A stretch of 64,000 nt of DNA from Prochlorococcus sp. AG-679-M23 (GTDB lineage Bacteria; Cyanobacteriota; Cyanobacteriia; PCC-6307; Cyanobiaceae), in the NCBI GenBank assembly GCA_003208875.1, contig QCUR01000004.1, positions 1 to 64,000 on the forward strand. The letters run 5' to 3'. The notes under the pieces are model-generated. The model did not search any database, was not told the DNA's origin, and saw nothing but the letters and a program-made list of their open reading frames with translations. Below, piece by piece: positions 50,109-59,327 of the stretch (position 1 is its first letter; every line of letters begins with the position of its first letter). The position numbers were made by a program, and so were the translations under genes.

Positions 50109-51320
50109 ATGGAAAACATTAATTTAGATTTTGAAGAAATAATAATTAATTCTAAAAATATCTTATTTATTCAAGATATTGATGGAGTATGTATTCCATT
50201 GGTAAAAGACCCAATGACTAGAAAACTGGAATCGAAATTCATATTTGCAGTTAAAAATTTAGAAAAAGAATTTTATGTTTTAACGTGCGGAGAACATGAA
50301 GGTCCCAGAGGGGTTAACAGAATAGTTGAAAGGAGCCTAATAGGTATTGATCATCCAAAAGAAAAAGGCCTTTATTTAAGAGGTTTAGCTGCATGCGGGG
50401 TCGAATATCAAGATAATAAGGGGAATATAAGTTTTGAGGGAGTATCAAAAGAAGAGGTCGATTTCTTAGCCAAAGTTCCAGACTTAATGAGGCCTAGCTT
50501 TGAACAAATAGTAAAGAAAATTTTTCCTAATCTCGGTCAAGAAGAAATAAATTCTCATGCTTCAAAATCAATATGTAAAACAAGGTTCTCTCCAACAATA
50601 AACTTTAATAGCCTTTTCGATTTAGTAAAAGATGATTCTGAAAAAAGAAAAATTATTCAAAAGAGCTTTGAAGATATGATGAATGAAATTATTTACAAAG
50701 CCAAAGCTCAAGGACTTGAAAACTCATTTTTTCTTCACATATCTCCAAATCTAGGGAGCAAAAATGGAAATGAAATAATAAAACTTTCTAGTAAAAATGA
50801 TATTGGATCAACTGACATACAGTTACTTATTAAAGGTGCAGTCAAAGACTCTGGGGTTCTCTTTTTATTAAATAAATTTATTTATGATTCTACTGGCATA
50901 GCTCCATTTGGTAGAAACTTTAATTTTAGAGACTCTCCTAAATCGTTAATAGAAAAAGTGAATTTCTGCAAAAAATATATTAAACCCGAAGATATGCCAA
51001 CAATTATTGGAATTGGTGACACAGTTACATCCCAAAAAATTCCAAATAATGGTTACTCAAGAGGTGGAAGTGATCGATCTTTCTTAGAATTTATACAATT
51101 ACTAGGAAAAGAGTTTGAGAGTAATAATAAAATAATTTTCGTTGATAGTAGTTCAGGAGAAGTTTATAGACCTTCTACAAAAATATCTGGTCTAGAAGGA
51201 ATAAGTGATGATGATGACAACTTAAAGTTCAATATGATTTTTCAGAATGGTCCTAAGGAATATTTAGATTGGTTTATTAAATTTGCAAAAAATAGATCAA
51301 AATTAAAAACTAATATTTAA
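50109..51320 (+). CDS. stpA: Glucosylglycerol-3-phosphate phosphatase
   Basis: IQDIDGVC HAD motif, TCGEHEG, GLAACGVE, GDTVTS, RGGSDR. Confidence 0.9.
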   Translation: MENINLDFEEIIINSKNILFIQDIDGVCIPLVKDPMTRKLESKFIFAVKNLEKEFYVLTCGEHEGPRGVNRIVERSLIGIDHPKEKGLYLRGLAACGVEYQDNKGNISFEGVSKEEVDFLAKVPDLMRPSFEQIVKKIFPNLGQEEINSHASKSICKTRFSPTINFNSLFDLVKDDSEKRKIIQKSFEDMMNEIIYKAKAQGLENSFFLHISPNLGSKNGNEIIKLSSKNDIGSTDIQLLIKGAVKDSGVLFLLNKFIYDSTGIAPFGRNFNFRDSPKSLIEKVNFCKKYIKPEDMPTIIGIGDTVTSQKIPNNGYSRGGSDRSFLEFIQLLGKEFESNNKIIFVDSSSGEVYRPSTKISGLEGISDDDDNLKFNMIFQNGPKEYLDWFIKFAKNRSKLKTNI

Positions 51321-51348
51321 TTACACTGTAATTAAAACTTCCCACATC

Positions 51349-52281
51349 ATGATAGATAGTTTTCCCTTAATAAAGAAAGAACATATTGAAACACTCCAGA
51401 TAAATATTGGCCTTAAATGTAATCAGGCTTGTAAACATTGCCATGTAAATTCAAGTCCATTACGTACCGAAAAGATGTCTTATGAAATAATTTCACTCAT
51501 TCCAAAAGTAATAGAAAAATATAAAATTAAAACTTTAGATATTACCGGGGGGGCACCAGAAATGCATCCTGAATTTAGAAATTTAATTACTACTTTAAGT
51601 GATAAAAATATTGATATTATTGATAGATGTAATTTAACAATTTTCTTTGAAGATGGATTCGAAGACTTACCCCAGTTTCTTGCTAAGAATAACGTAATAG
51701 TAACAGCATCACTCCCTTGCTATGAAAAGGATAATGTAGAACTACAAAGGGGTTATGGAGTCTTTGATAAAAGTATTAATGCTTTAAAAATACTTAATGA
51801 CTTAGGATATGGGAAACAAAAAGATGGACTTCAATTAAATCTAGTTTATAATCCCGTAAATCCTGTCCTTCCTCCATCACAAGTAATCCTAGAAGAGGAC
51901 TATAAAAGAATACTTTTTGAAAAGTACAATATTTCATTTAATAATCTTTATACAATAACCAATATGCCAATTAATAGATACGCAGACTCTCTTAATAGAG
52001 AAAACAAACTTGATTCATATTACAAATTACTTAAAGCAAATTTTAATAAAAATAATTTAGAAAATCTTATGTGTAAAAAAACGATAAGTGTTAATTGGCA
52101 AGGGCAAATCTATGATTGTGACTTTAATCAGCAAATAAATTTAAAAGGAAATAAAGGACCAAAGACACTTTCTGATTTAATGAGCAAATCATTTAAATTT
52201 GATTATGGAGTAGCTGTTAAGGAACATTGCTTCGCTTGCACAGCAGGGGCTGGATCAAGCTGTGGAGGAACTTTAACTTAG
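51349..52281 (+). CDS. arsS: ArsS-family radical SAM protein (DUF3641 C-terminus)
   Basis: CNQACKHC, DITGGAPE, YDCDFNQ, HCFACTAGAGSSCGG. Confidence 0.82.
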   Translation: MIDSFPLIKKEHIETLQINIGLKCNQACKHCHVNSSPLRTEKMSYEIISLIPKVIEKYKIKTLDITGGAPEMHPEFRNLITTLSDKNIDIIDRCNLTIFFEDGFEDLPQFLAKNNVIVTASLPCYEKDNVELQRGYGVFDKSINALKILNDLGYGKQKDGLQLNLVYNPVNPVLPPSQVILEEDYKRILFEKYNISFNNLYTITNMPINRYADSLNRENKLDSYYKLLKANFNKNNLENLMCKKTISVNWQGQIYDCDFNQQINLKGNKGPKTLSDLMSKSFKFDYGVAVKEHCFACTAGAGSSCGGTLT

Positions 52282-52287
52282 TTTCTG

Positions 52288-52740
52288 CTAAATACAATTA
52301 GGACATATAGCTCTAACATTTAAAGAAGATTCAATAAGTGTAAAACCATTAACTTTAGCGGCGACTTTTCCGGCCTTCAATACTTCATCACTTTTAAATT
52401 CTTCAGTTCTTCCACATCTAATACAAATCAAGTGATGATGATCTGCTGTTTCATTACTTAATAATTCATATCGATGACCGCCTTCACTAATCTCTAATTC
52501 ATGTAACAATCCCATCTGAACGAGAAGTCTCAAAGTTCTATATATTGTTGCGAGGGAAACTTTGGAACTAGATTTAATTAATTTTGCATGAACCTCTTCC
52601 GCACTTAAATGATTACCTGCTCCAATATTCTCAAATAAATTTAAAACTTTAAGTCTTTGGGGAGTTAATCTCTTACCATCTTTATGTAAGCCATCTCCTA
52701 AAGGAGATGTAATAACTTGATATTGAGAAGAAAAGGACAA
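52288..52740 (-). CDS. fur: Ferric uptake regulator family protein
   Basis: RLTPQR, HLSAEE, SLATIYRTL, HHHLICIRCG, CPNC. Confidence 0.92.
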   Translation of the reverse strand: MSFSSQYQVITSPLGDGLHKDGKRLTPQRLKVLNLFENIGAGNHLSAEEVHAKLIKSSSKVSLATIYRTLRLLVQMGLLHELEISEGGHRYELLSNETADHHHLICIRCGRTEEFKSDEVLKAGKVAAKVNGFTLIESSLNVRAICPNCI

Positions 52741-52753
52741 TTAAAAGCAATGT

Positions 52754-52769
52754 TTATTCTCAATAATAA
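52754..52769. promoter_or_regulatory. Fur-box-like site between fur and isochorismatase
   Basis: TTATTCTCAATAATAA resembles the cyanobacterial FurA ATTCTCAATAA core. Confidence 0.4.
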
Positions 52770-52890
52770 CTCTTGATGAGAGTAAATCAACTTTTAACTA
52801 ATAAATATTTACTAAAGTTCCTCAAAAAGATTAAATTAAAAACATATCTATATTTAAGTTATATCTTTAAATATTGCAGAAAAGAAATTA

Positions 52891-53448
52891 ATGACTCATT
52901 CTTCTAAAAGCGAATTACCAATCAAAAACGCTTTACTATTAGTAGATATTCAGGAAAAGATTATATCCCCAATTAATAACAAAGATTCAATAATCAAAAA
53001 TATTCAAAAGCTATTAAGCGCTTACCAAATCCTGGATGAGAACATATTTGTCTCAGAACAAAACCCTCTAAAACTGGGCAAAACAATACCAAAGTTATTA
53101 CCCAAAGTAGGTTTTACTAATATTCAAAAAATGGATTTTAGCTTAGCTACTAGTAAAGTTCTTTTTGAGGAACTTCATGATAAAAAGATTAGTAATTTGA
53201 TAATTTGCGGATTTGAAACACACATTTGTATTCAACAAAGTGTCCTAGAATTTTTAAAAAAGGGATATGAAGTACTAATCATATCTGACGCAATGGGAAG
53301 CAGAAATAATTCAGATCACGAAATAGCACTACAACGAATGCTTCATAAAGGAGCAATTATTACTACAACCGAATCAATTATTTTCGAAATTTGTAAAACC
53401 TCAGATAGAAAAGAATTCAAAGAAATTAGTAATATCATCAAAAGTTAA
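52891..53448 (+). CDS. Isochorismatase-family hydrolase
   Basis: LLVDIQEK, SEQNP, GFETHICIQQS. Confidence 0.9.
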   Translation: MTHSSKSELPIKNALLLVDIQEKIISPINNKDSIIKNIQKLLSAYQILDENIFVSEQNPLKLGKTIPKLLPKVGFTNIQKMDFSLATSKVLFEELHDKKISNLIICGFETHICIQQSVLEFLKKGYEVLIISDAMGSRNNSDHEIALQRMLHKGAIITTTESIIFEICKTSDRKEFKEISNIIKS

Positions 53449-53521
53449 AGGTAATTAAGACTGGTTTATTTTTAGAGATAATTTAAACTTTAAATATTAG
53501 TTATTTAAGGATTTAATAGAT

Positions 53522-54553
53522 ATGAAATTATTTACTGAAAACTTGTTTTTCGCAATTTCTATATTTTTTATTGGAATAATATTATCAATAATAATATCTA
53601 AAATTTCAAAGATTATTTTTAAAAGGATTTCTAAAAGAACAAAAACAAATTTTGATGATTTTATTTTTGAAACACTTACTGGAATTATAAGACCAATAGG
53701 TTTTCTTCTCTCAGCCTATTTCGCAATTGATTATTTTTTCACTGATGAAATAACTTTTATATCTGTACTATTAAATATTCAAAAATTACTTATATTAATA
53801 ATTATCATTAAAGCTTTAAATAAAGTATTAATAAGATCGCTAACAGAATCTACAGCAAAAATTGATGACTCTTCGATTAGTTCAATGATCTCATCATTAA
53901 CACCTTTAATTAAGGCCTTTACTTGGACCATAGGATCAATATTTTTCTTACAAAATATAGGAGTACAAATGACCGCAATTTGGGCTTTGCTTAGCGCAGG
54001 TGGAATCGGAGCAGGTTTAGCATTAAAAGATCCAGTTCAAGAATTTTTTGAATACATTACAATTTTACTTGATAAACCTTTTCAAAAAGGCGAATTTATA
54101 AAGTCAGATAGCGTATTAGGAATGGTAGAAAGAGTAGGGGTAAGATCTTCAAGAATAAGAAGTATTAACGGAGAAGTAATAGTTATGAGTAATAGTGCAC
54201 TAACTAATGGGATCATTTCAAATTATGCTCAGATGAAGAAAAGGAGACTAGTTCATAAATTAGGAGTTGTTTATGAAACTTCTCCATCCCTGATGAAAAT
54301 GATTCCAAAAATAATAAAAAAAATCATTGAAGAAACTAAAGATGCTTCTTTTGATAGATGTCACTTTACAGATTTTGGAGACTTCAGTCTTAATTTTGAA
54401 CTAGTTTATTACATCCCAACCAATAATTATTTAGCTGCTATGGAAGCACAACAAAGTATCAACTTAAGAATTATTGAAGAATTTTCTTTAAATAAAATAG
54501 AATTTGCATTCCCAACTCAAACATTAAATATTGAAAGAAACGAATCCAAATGA
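53522..54553 (+). CDS. mscS: Small-conductance mechanosensitive channel
   Basis: GIGAGLALKD, DKPFQKGE, GMVERVGVRSS, FAFPT. Confidence 0.9.
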   Translation: MKLFTENLFFAISIFFIGIILSIIISKISKIIFKRISKRTKTNFDDFIFETLTGIIRPIGFLLSAYFAIDYFFTDEITFISVLLNIQKLLILIIIIKALNKVLIRSLTESTAKIDDSSISSMISSLTPLIKAFTWTIGSIFFLQNIGVQMTAIWALLSAGGIGAGLALKDPVQEFFEYITILLDKPFQKGEFIKSDSVLGMVERVGVRSSRIRSINGEVIVMSNSALTNGIISNYAQMKKRRLVHKLGVVYETSPSLMKMIPKIIKKIIEETKDASFDRCHFTDFGDFSLNFELVYYIPTNNYLAAMEAQQSINLRIIEEFSLNKIEFAFPTQTLNIERNESK

Positions 54554-55525
54554 TCGGCATAATTCCTCACTAAAACTCCAAAGTCTTAAAGCAAGTTCTT
54601 TTTTACTAGCTTCCTCACTTACTTCACTTTTAATTAATTTATGTTTTTTATAAAAGACAAGCTTATTGCTTAAATGTAAGTACTTAATATTATTGAAATC
54701 ATTATCAAAAACGATATCAGAAAGCAACTTCCCTGCATTTTCTACATTTTCAGAAATACCTAAAATATTTTTTGCAATACTTGAAAAAACAATATATCCA
54801 AAGATATTAAATTTAATACTATATCTGAAAAAGCCCAAATCTTCATTAGGAATTACAAGACCAGGAGCCCAAGAAATAACAGATATTTTACTAGATTTAA
54901 TTTGTAATCTTTTTGAAAGTTCCTTAGCAAATAAAATATTACATAATTTACTATTTTTATAAGCCTTGTCAGAATTAAAATTTGTATAGTTTCCTGAAAT
55001 TTCCTCTTTAAAGTTAATTAAATTATTTAAACCTGCTTTCTCTCCAACATTTCCTCCTGAACTCTTTGGATCATGAACATCTGATGATGTAATAATTATC
55101 CTAGATTCTTTTTTGTTATTTATTAGTTCTATAAGAATATTAACCAAATAAAAATGTGCGAGATGATTAACAGCGAAAGTTAGTTCAAGCCCCTGTTTTG
55201 AGACTTTAGGATAAAAAGATCCAGTATATTGTAAGCCTGCATTTAAAATAACTACATCTAAAGAAACATTTTTTCTGATTATAAAATCTCTAACTTTATG
55301 AATATTTTCCAAATTAGATAAATCAATATTATCAATTAGATTTAAATGTTTTTCTATATATTCTTTATCAAAATACTTTATTAGTTTTAATAAAAATTCC
55401 TCTTTTCTTGATAATGATCTAATTGGAATATATAGATTATTTTGAGTTTTCAACAAGTTAATTGTTGTAAAAAAACCAATCCCAGAGTTACCTCCTGTTA
55501 TTAGGATATTTTTATCTTTTATCAT
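54524..55525 (-). CDS. SDR oxidoreductase, protochlorophyllide-reductase-like
   Basis: TGGNSGIG, NAG, VNHLAHF, YKNSK. Confidence 0.82.
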   Translation of the reverse strand: MIKDKNILITGGNSGIGFFTTINLLKTQNNLYIPIRSLSRKEEFLLKLIKYFDKEYIEKHLNLIDNIDLSNLENIHKVRDFIIRKNVSLDVVILNAGLQYTGSFYPKVSKQGLELTFAVNHLAHFYLVNILIELINNKKESRIIITSSDVHDPKSSGGNVGEKAGLNNLINFKEEISGNYTNFNSDKAYKNSKLCNILFAKELSKRLQIKSSKISVISWAPGLVIPNEDLGFFRYSIKFNIFGYIVFSSIAKNILGISENVENAGKLLSDIVFDNDFNNIKYLHLSNKLVFYKKHKLIKSEVSEEASKKELALRLWSFSEELCRSFGFVSFNI

Positions 55526-55758
55526 ATGTATTAAACAGTCAATTATTTTCAGTAGGAAAATTATATATTATATTATTTTTTCTTTTAATTTCTTATAAAT
55601 TATTGTTAAAACACTGAAAACAAAAGGACTAGTTAAAGAGTCTCTTGCTTATTATTAAATTTATTCTCATTATAAAATTTTTGAATGAATTATAAAAATG
55701 AAGTTTTAGATATTTTTTATTTTTTCAAAAATTTTTTTAACTTCAGAATTTATAATTA

Positions 55759-57042
55759 ATGCCTTCTAAAAGATTGCCCGATGTATTAGTTTTAGGAGCA
55801 GGACCTGCGGGAATGGCGATTGCCTCAGCTTTAGGGAAAGAAAAATTAGAGGTAGAGGTTCTTTCCCCTAATGGTCCTGACGAGCCTTGGCCAAATACTT
55901 ATGGGATTTGGGGAAAGGAAGTAGATCAACTTGGCCTTCAGGATTTACTTGAATATAGGTGGAAAAATACCGTTAGTTTTTTTGGGCATGGTTCTCTTGA
56001 AGAACATCACTATGAGAATAAAGCAACTGAGCATTCTTTAGATTATGGATTATTTGACAAGAAGAAATTACATAGTTACTGGCTAAATGAATGTAATAAG
56101 TCTCTAATAAAATGGCATGAGGGTTTTGCAGAGAAGATAAACTTTCAGAAACAAAAAAGTACTGTTACAACCAGTGATGGCAAAACCTACTCAGCAAGAT
56201 TAGTTGTAGATGCAACAGGATATGATCCTGTATTTCTTAAATTAAAATCATGTGGACCATTAGCAGTCCAGACTTGTTATGGAATAGTAGGAAGTTTTAG
56301 TAAGCCTCCACTAAAAAAAGGGCAATTTGTCTTAATGGATTATCGTAATGATCATTTGAATGAGGAGCAAAAAAAAGAACCACCTACTTTTCTCTATGCA
56401 ATGGATATGGGAAATGGAAAGTATTTTCTTGAAGAGACTTCGCTTGGATTAGTAAATCCTTTAACAATGGATCATTTAAAAGAAAGGTTAGAAAAAAGAC
56501 TTTCTTACAGAAACATATCAATTACTAGCATGCAACATGAAGAACTTGGTTTATTTTTACCCATGAATATGCCTATCCCAGACTTTAAACAACAAGTACT
56601 GGGTTACGGCGGAGCAGCTTCAATGGTTCACCCAGCATCAGGATATCTAATTGGTAATGTTTTAAGAAGAGCTCCACTAGTGGCAAAAGCTATATCAACT
56701 GCCATGAATGATAAGAAATTAAGTACTTATCATATTGCTAGAAAAGGCTGGGAGAGTTTATGGCCTAAAGAATTAATAAGAAAGAAATCAATCTACCAAT
56801 TTGGTTTGGAAAAACTTATGAGATTCGATGAAAAACTATTAAGAGAATTTTTTGGTAGTTTCTTTAAATTACCTAAAACTCAATGGTATGGATTTCTAAC
56901 TGATACATTATCCTTAAGGGAAATCGTGTATGCAATGTGCGTAATGTTTATAAGAGCCCCTTGGAGTGTAAAAAAAGGGTTAATGATTATGCACGGTAAA
57001 GAACTAAGAATGTTATTAAGAATAGTTTTACCAAATATATAA
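55759..57042 (+). CDS. crtL: CrtL-type lycopene cyclase (likely the epsilon/bifunctional paralogue)
   Basis: GAGPAG, PNTYGIW, FLYAM, FLEETSL, HPASGY. Confidence 0.9.
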   Translation: MPSKRLPDVLVLGAGPAGMAIASALGKEKLEVEVLSPNGPDEPWPNTYGIWGKEVDQLGLQDLLEYRWKNTVSFFGHGSLEEHHYENKATEHSLDYGLFDKKKLHSYWLNECNKSLIKWHEGFAEKINFQKQKSTVTTSDGKTYSARLVVDATGYDPVFLKLKSCGPLAVQTCYGIVGSFSKPPLKKGQFVLMDYRNDHLNEEQKKEPPTFLYAMDMGNGKYFLEETSLGLVNPLTMDHLKERLEKRLSYRNISITSMQHEELGLFLPMNMPIPDFKQQVLGYGGAASMVHPASGYLIGNVLRRAPLVAKAISTAMNDKKLSTYHIARKGWESLWPKELIRKKSIYQFGLEKLMRFDEKLLREFFGSFFKLPKTQWYGFLTDTLSLREIVYAMCVMFIRAPWSVKKGLMIMHGKELRMLLRIVLPNI

Positions 57043-57054
57043 TAAAAATTTAAA

Positions 57055-57762
57055 ATGAGAACTATTTTGATAAGCGGTGCTAGTAGCGGAATTGGATTAA
57101 ATATTGCACATAAAGAACTAAAAGCAGGAAATAGAATTAGTATTGGGCTAAGAGATTTAGAGTCTGTTAAAGGAAGCGTTATTGATCCTAATAATTGGAC
57201 TAATGAAAAAATACTCCTAAATAAATATGATGCATTAGATAAATTTTCCGCCAAAAAGTGGGTAGAAAATACAGTTAGTAAATTTGGAGGTTTTGATACT
57301 TTAATAAACTGTTCTGGAGTCCTTTCAAAAGTTCCTTTTTTATATAAAGATGGGGATGAAGAAGAGATTTTAAATACTTTTAATATAAATTTTTTAGCCA
57401 TTTGGCATTTATGCAGACTTTCCTGGAAACACTTAAGCCAATCAAATAATGGAAGAATTATCGTTTTAGTTTCAATGAGCGGCAAAAGGTCCAAGGGAGA
57501 TTTAGCAGCATATTCCTCATCAAAATTTGCTTTAATGAGTCTTTGTCAAACAATGAAGAACAAGGGTTGGGAAGAAAATATTAGAGTTACTGCTATCTGT
57601 CCTAGTTGGGTTAATACAAAAATGGCTGAGAAAATATCATCCTTAGAAAAGTCAAAAATGACTCAACCAGGGGATATAGCAGAAATATGTTCTACAATTC
57701 TAAAATTACCAATGCAGTCAGTCCCATTTGAAATATCCTTAAATTGTAATTATGAAATTTAA
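57055..57762 (+). CDS. Short-chain dehydrogenase/reductase
   Basis: SGASSGIG, YSSSK. Confidence 0.9.
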   Translation: MRTILISGASSGIGLNIAHKELKAGNRISIGLRDLESVKGSVIDPNNWTNEKILLNKYDALDKFSAKKWVENTVSKFGGFDTLINCSGVLSKVPFLYKDGDEEEILNTFNINFLAIWHLCRLSWKHLSQSNNGRIIVLVSMSGKRSKGDLAAYSSSKFALMSLCQTMKNKGWEENIRVTAICPSWVNTKMAEKISSLEKSKMTQPGDIAEICSTILKLPMQSVPFEISLNCNYEI

Positions 57763-58301
57763 TTTAGTCTGAACATTAAAAAAGCCATTGTGATCATCGC
57801 AATAGCTATAAATAAGCCTTTTATTCTATTCGTTAATAATGAAAATAGAGATAAATCATCAGAAAAATATCCTCCAAAACTTCCTGTTAGAAACAAAATT
57901 ATCATAGGTATCGATGCAAAACCGAATGAATAGGAAATATTTCTTAAAAATCCAACATTAAAGTAATTAAGAATTAAAAAATTTGTTCCAAATAATAAAA
58001 AGGATGCGAATAAAGTTATGGAAACCTCAGCATCAAGTGTATGCGGTAAATTTCCTTTTAAGTCAAATTGTTTTTTACATTCAGATATTTGTCTTTTATT
58101 GAGCTTCAAATATCCAGTTTCAGGAATTCTTTGGGATTTATATTTTCTCAATAACCTGGCTTCAAGAGTTTCAGGTTCTTTAGTCATAATGGAAGTTAGT
58201 AATTCATCTGGTTTGAGTTTTCTAATTTTCTTATCAAGATTATCTGCCTTACCAATACGATAAAGATCTCCAACTCTTATGAGGTAAACATATCCCGCCA
58301 T
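57759..58301 (-). CDS. GIY-YIG/T5orf172-like domain with C-terminal TM helices
   Basis: GYVYLIRVGDLYRIG...LEARL; three hydrophobic segments. Confidence 0.72.
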   Translation of the reverse strand: MAGYVYLIRVGDLYRIGKADNLDKKIRKLKPDELLTSIMTKEPETLEARLLRKYKSQRIPETGYLKLNKRQISECKKQFDLKGNLPHTLDAEVSITLFASFLLFGTNFLILNYFNVGFLRNISYSFGFASIPMIILFLTGSFGGYFSDDLSLFSLLTNRIKGLFIAIAMITMAFLMFRLN

Positions 58302-58375
58302 TTTCGTTGTAAAGTTAAGGTTATTACTATGTAGATAATACTAAAAGAATCAAAAAAATATTATTTTTTTACAAA

Positions 58376-59035
58376 ATGACAACAGATATTTTATATTCAT
58401 TTCGTAGATGTCCATATGCAATTCGAGTTAGATGGGCATTATTAATTTGCGAAATCAAAGTAGAAATAAGAGAAGTTGATTTAAAAAATAAGCCTATCGA
58501 ATTCATAAATAAATCCAGTTCAAAAACTGTTCCAATTTTATTAAAAAAAAATAATGAAGTCATAGAGGAAAGTCTAGACATCATAATCTGGGCACTTTCA
58601 GAATCAGAAAAGGAGAATATAAAAAAAATCTATAATCCCAAAAATAAAGAGGAAGAAATTCTAGAGATTATTTCTGAAAATGATCATCTGTTTAAATATC
58701 ATTTAGATCGTTTTAAATATTCCGCTAGATTTAATGCTAGCGAAGAAGATTATCATTTTTTAGAAGCTACTAAATTCATAAAAAAGTGGAATAAAATCCT
58801 TACAAATAACAGATGGATAATTGGAGATAAACCTTCGATTGCAGATTGGTGTATTTGGCCATTTGTAAGGCAATTTAAAATTGCTTGCGAAAGCCAAAAA
58901 AAAACAAATTATTTTGATGATCCTATAAAAGATTGGTTAGGATATTTTGAAAAACATCAACATTTTAAAAAATTAATGCATAAATTTGATCCATGGGAAC
59001 CATCTAAAAAGAAAGAATATTTCCATTTTAATTAG
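58376..59035 (+). CDS. Glutathione S-transferase
   Basis: SFRRCPYAIR, TVP, ESLDI, SIAD. Confidence 0.9.
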   Translation: MTTDILYSFRRCPYAIRVRWALLICEIKVEIREVDLKNKPIEFINKSSSKTVPILLKKNNEVIEESLDIIIWALSESEKENIKKIYNPKNKEEEILEIISENDHLFKYHLDRFKYSARFNASEEDYHFLEATKFIKKWNKILTNNRWIIGDKPSIADWCIWPFVRQFKIACESQKKTNYFDDPIKDWLGYFEKHQHFKKLMHKFDPWEPSKKKEYFHFN

Positions 59036-59289
59036 CTTTCAAGTAATTTTCTTTTTTCAATAATTTTGGCTAATTCTAAAAAATATCCTGCTGTTCTAAA
59101 TTTTCCAATATTTTTTTCTTTAAATTCTATATCACTTCTAATTTCTGCAGTTTCAGCCATAATTAAATCCAGTTCGTTAAATCCAAGACTATATAGTTCT
59201 CCTAGTTCAACTTCTCTTCCAAGCAAGTGACTCCTAAACCATTTTTCTTTACTTTCTTGAGGAGGAATATCATATGGTGTGTAGGACAT
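59032..59289 (-). CDS. Conserved hypothetical protein
   Basis: ORF track. Confidence 0.75.
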   Translation of the reverse strand: MSYTPYDIPPQESKEKWFRSHLLGREVELGELYSLGFNELDLIMAETAEIRSDIEFKEKNIGKFRTAGYFLELAKIIEKRKLLES

Positions 59290-59327
59290 AAATCAAGAAA
59301 AATATATTTTTATACTAACCTAACTTC

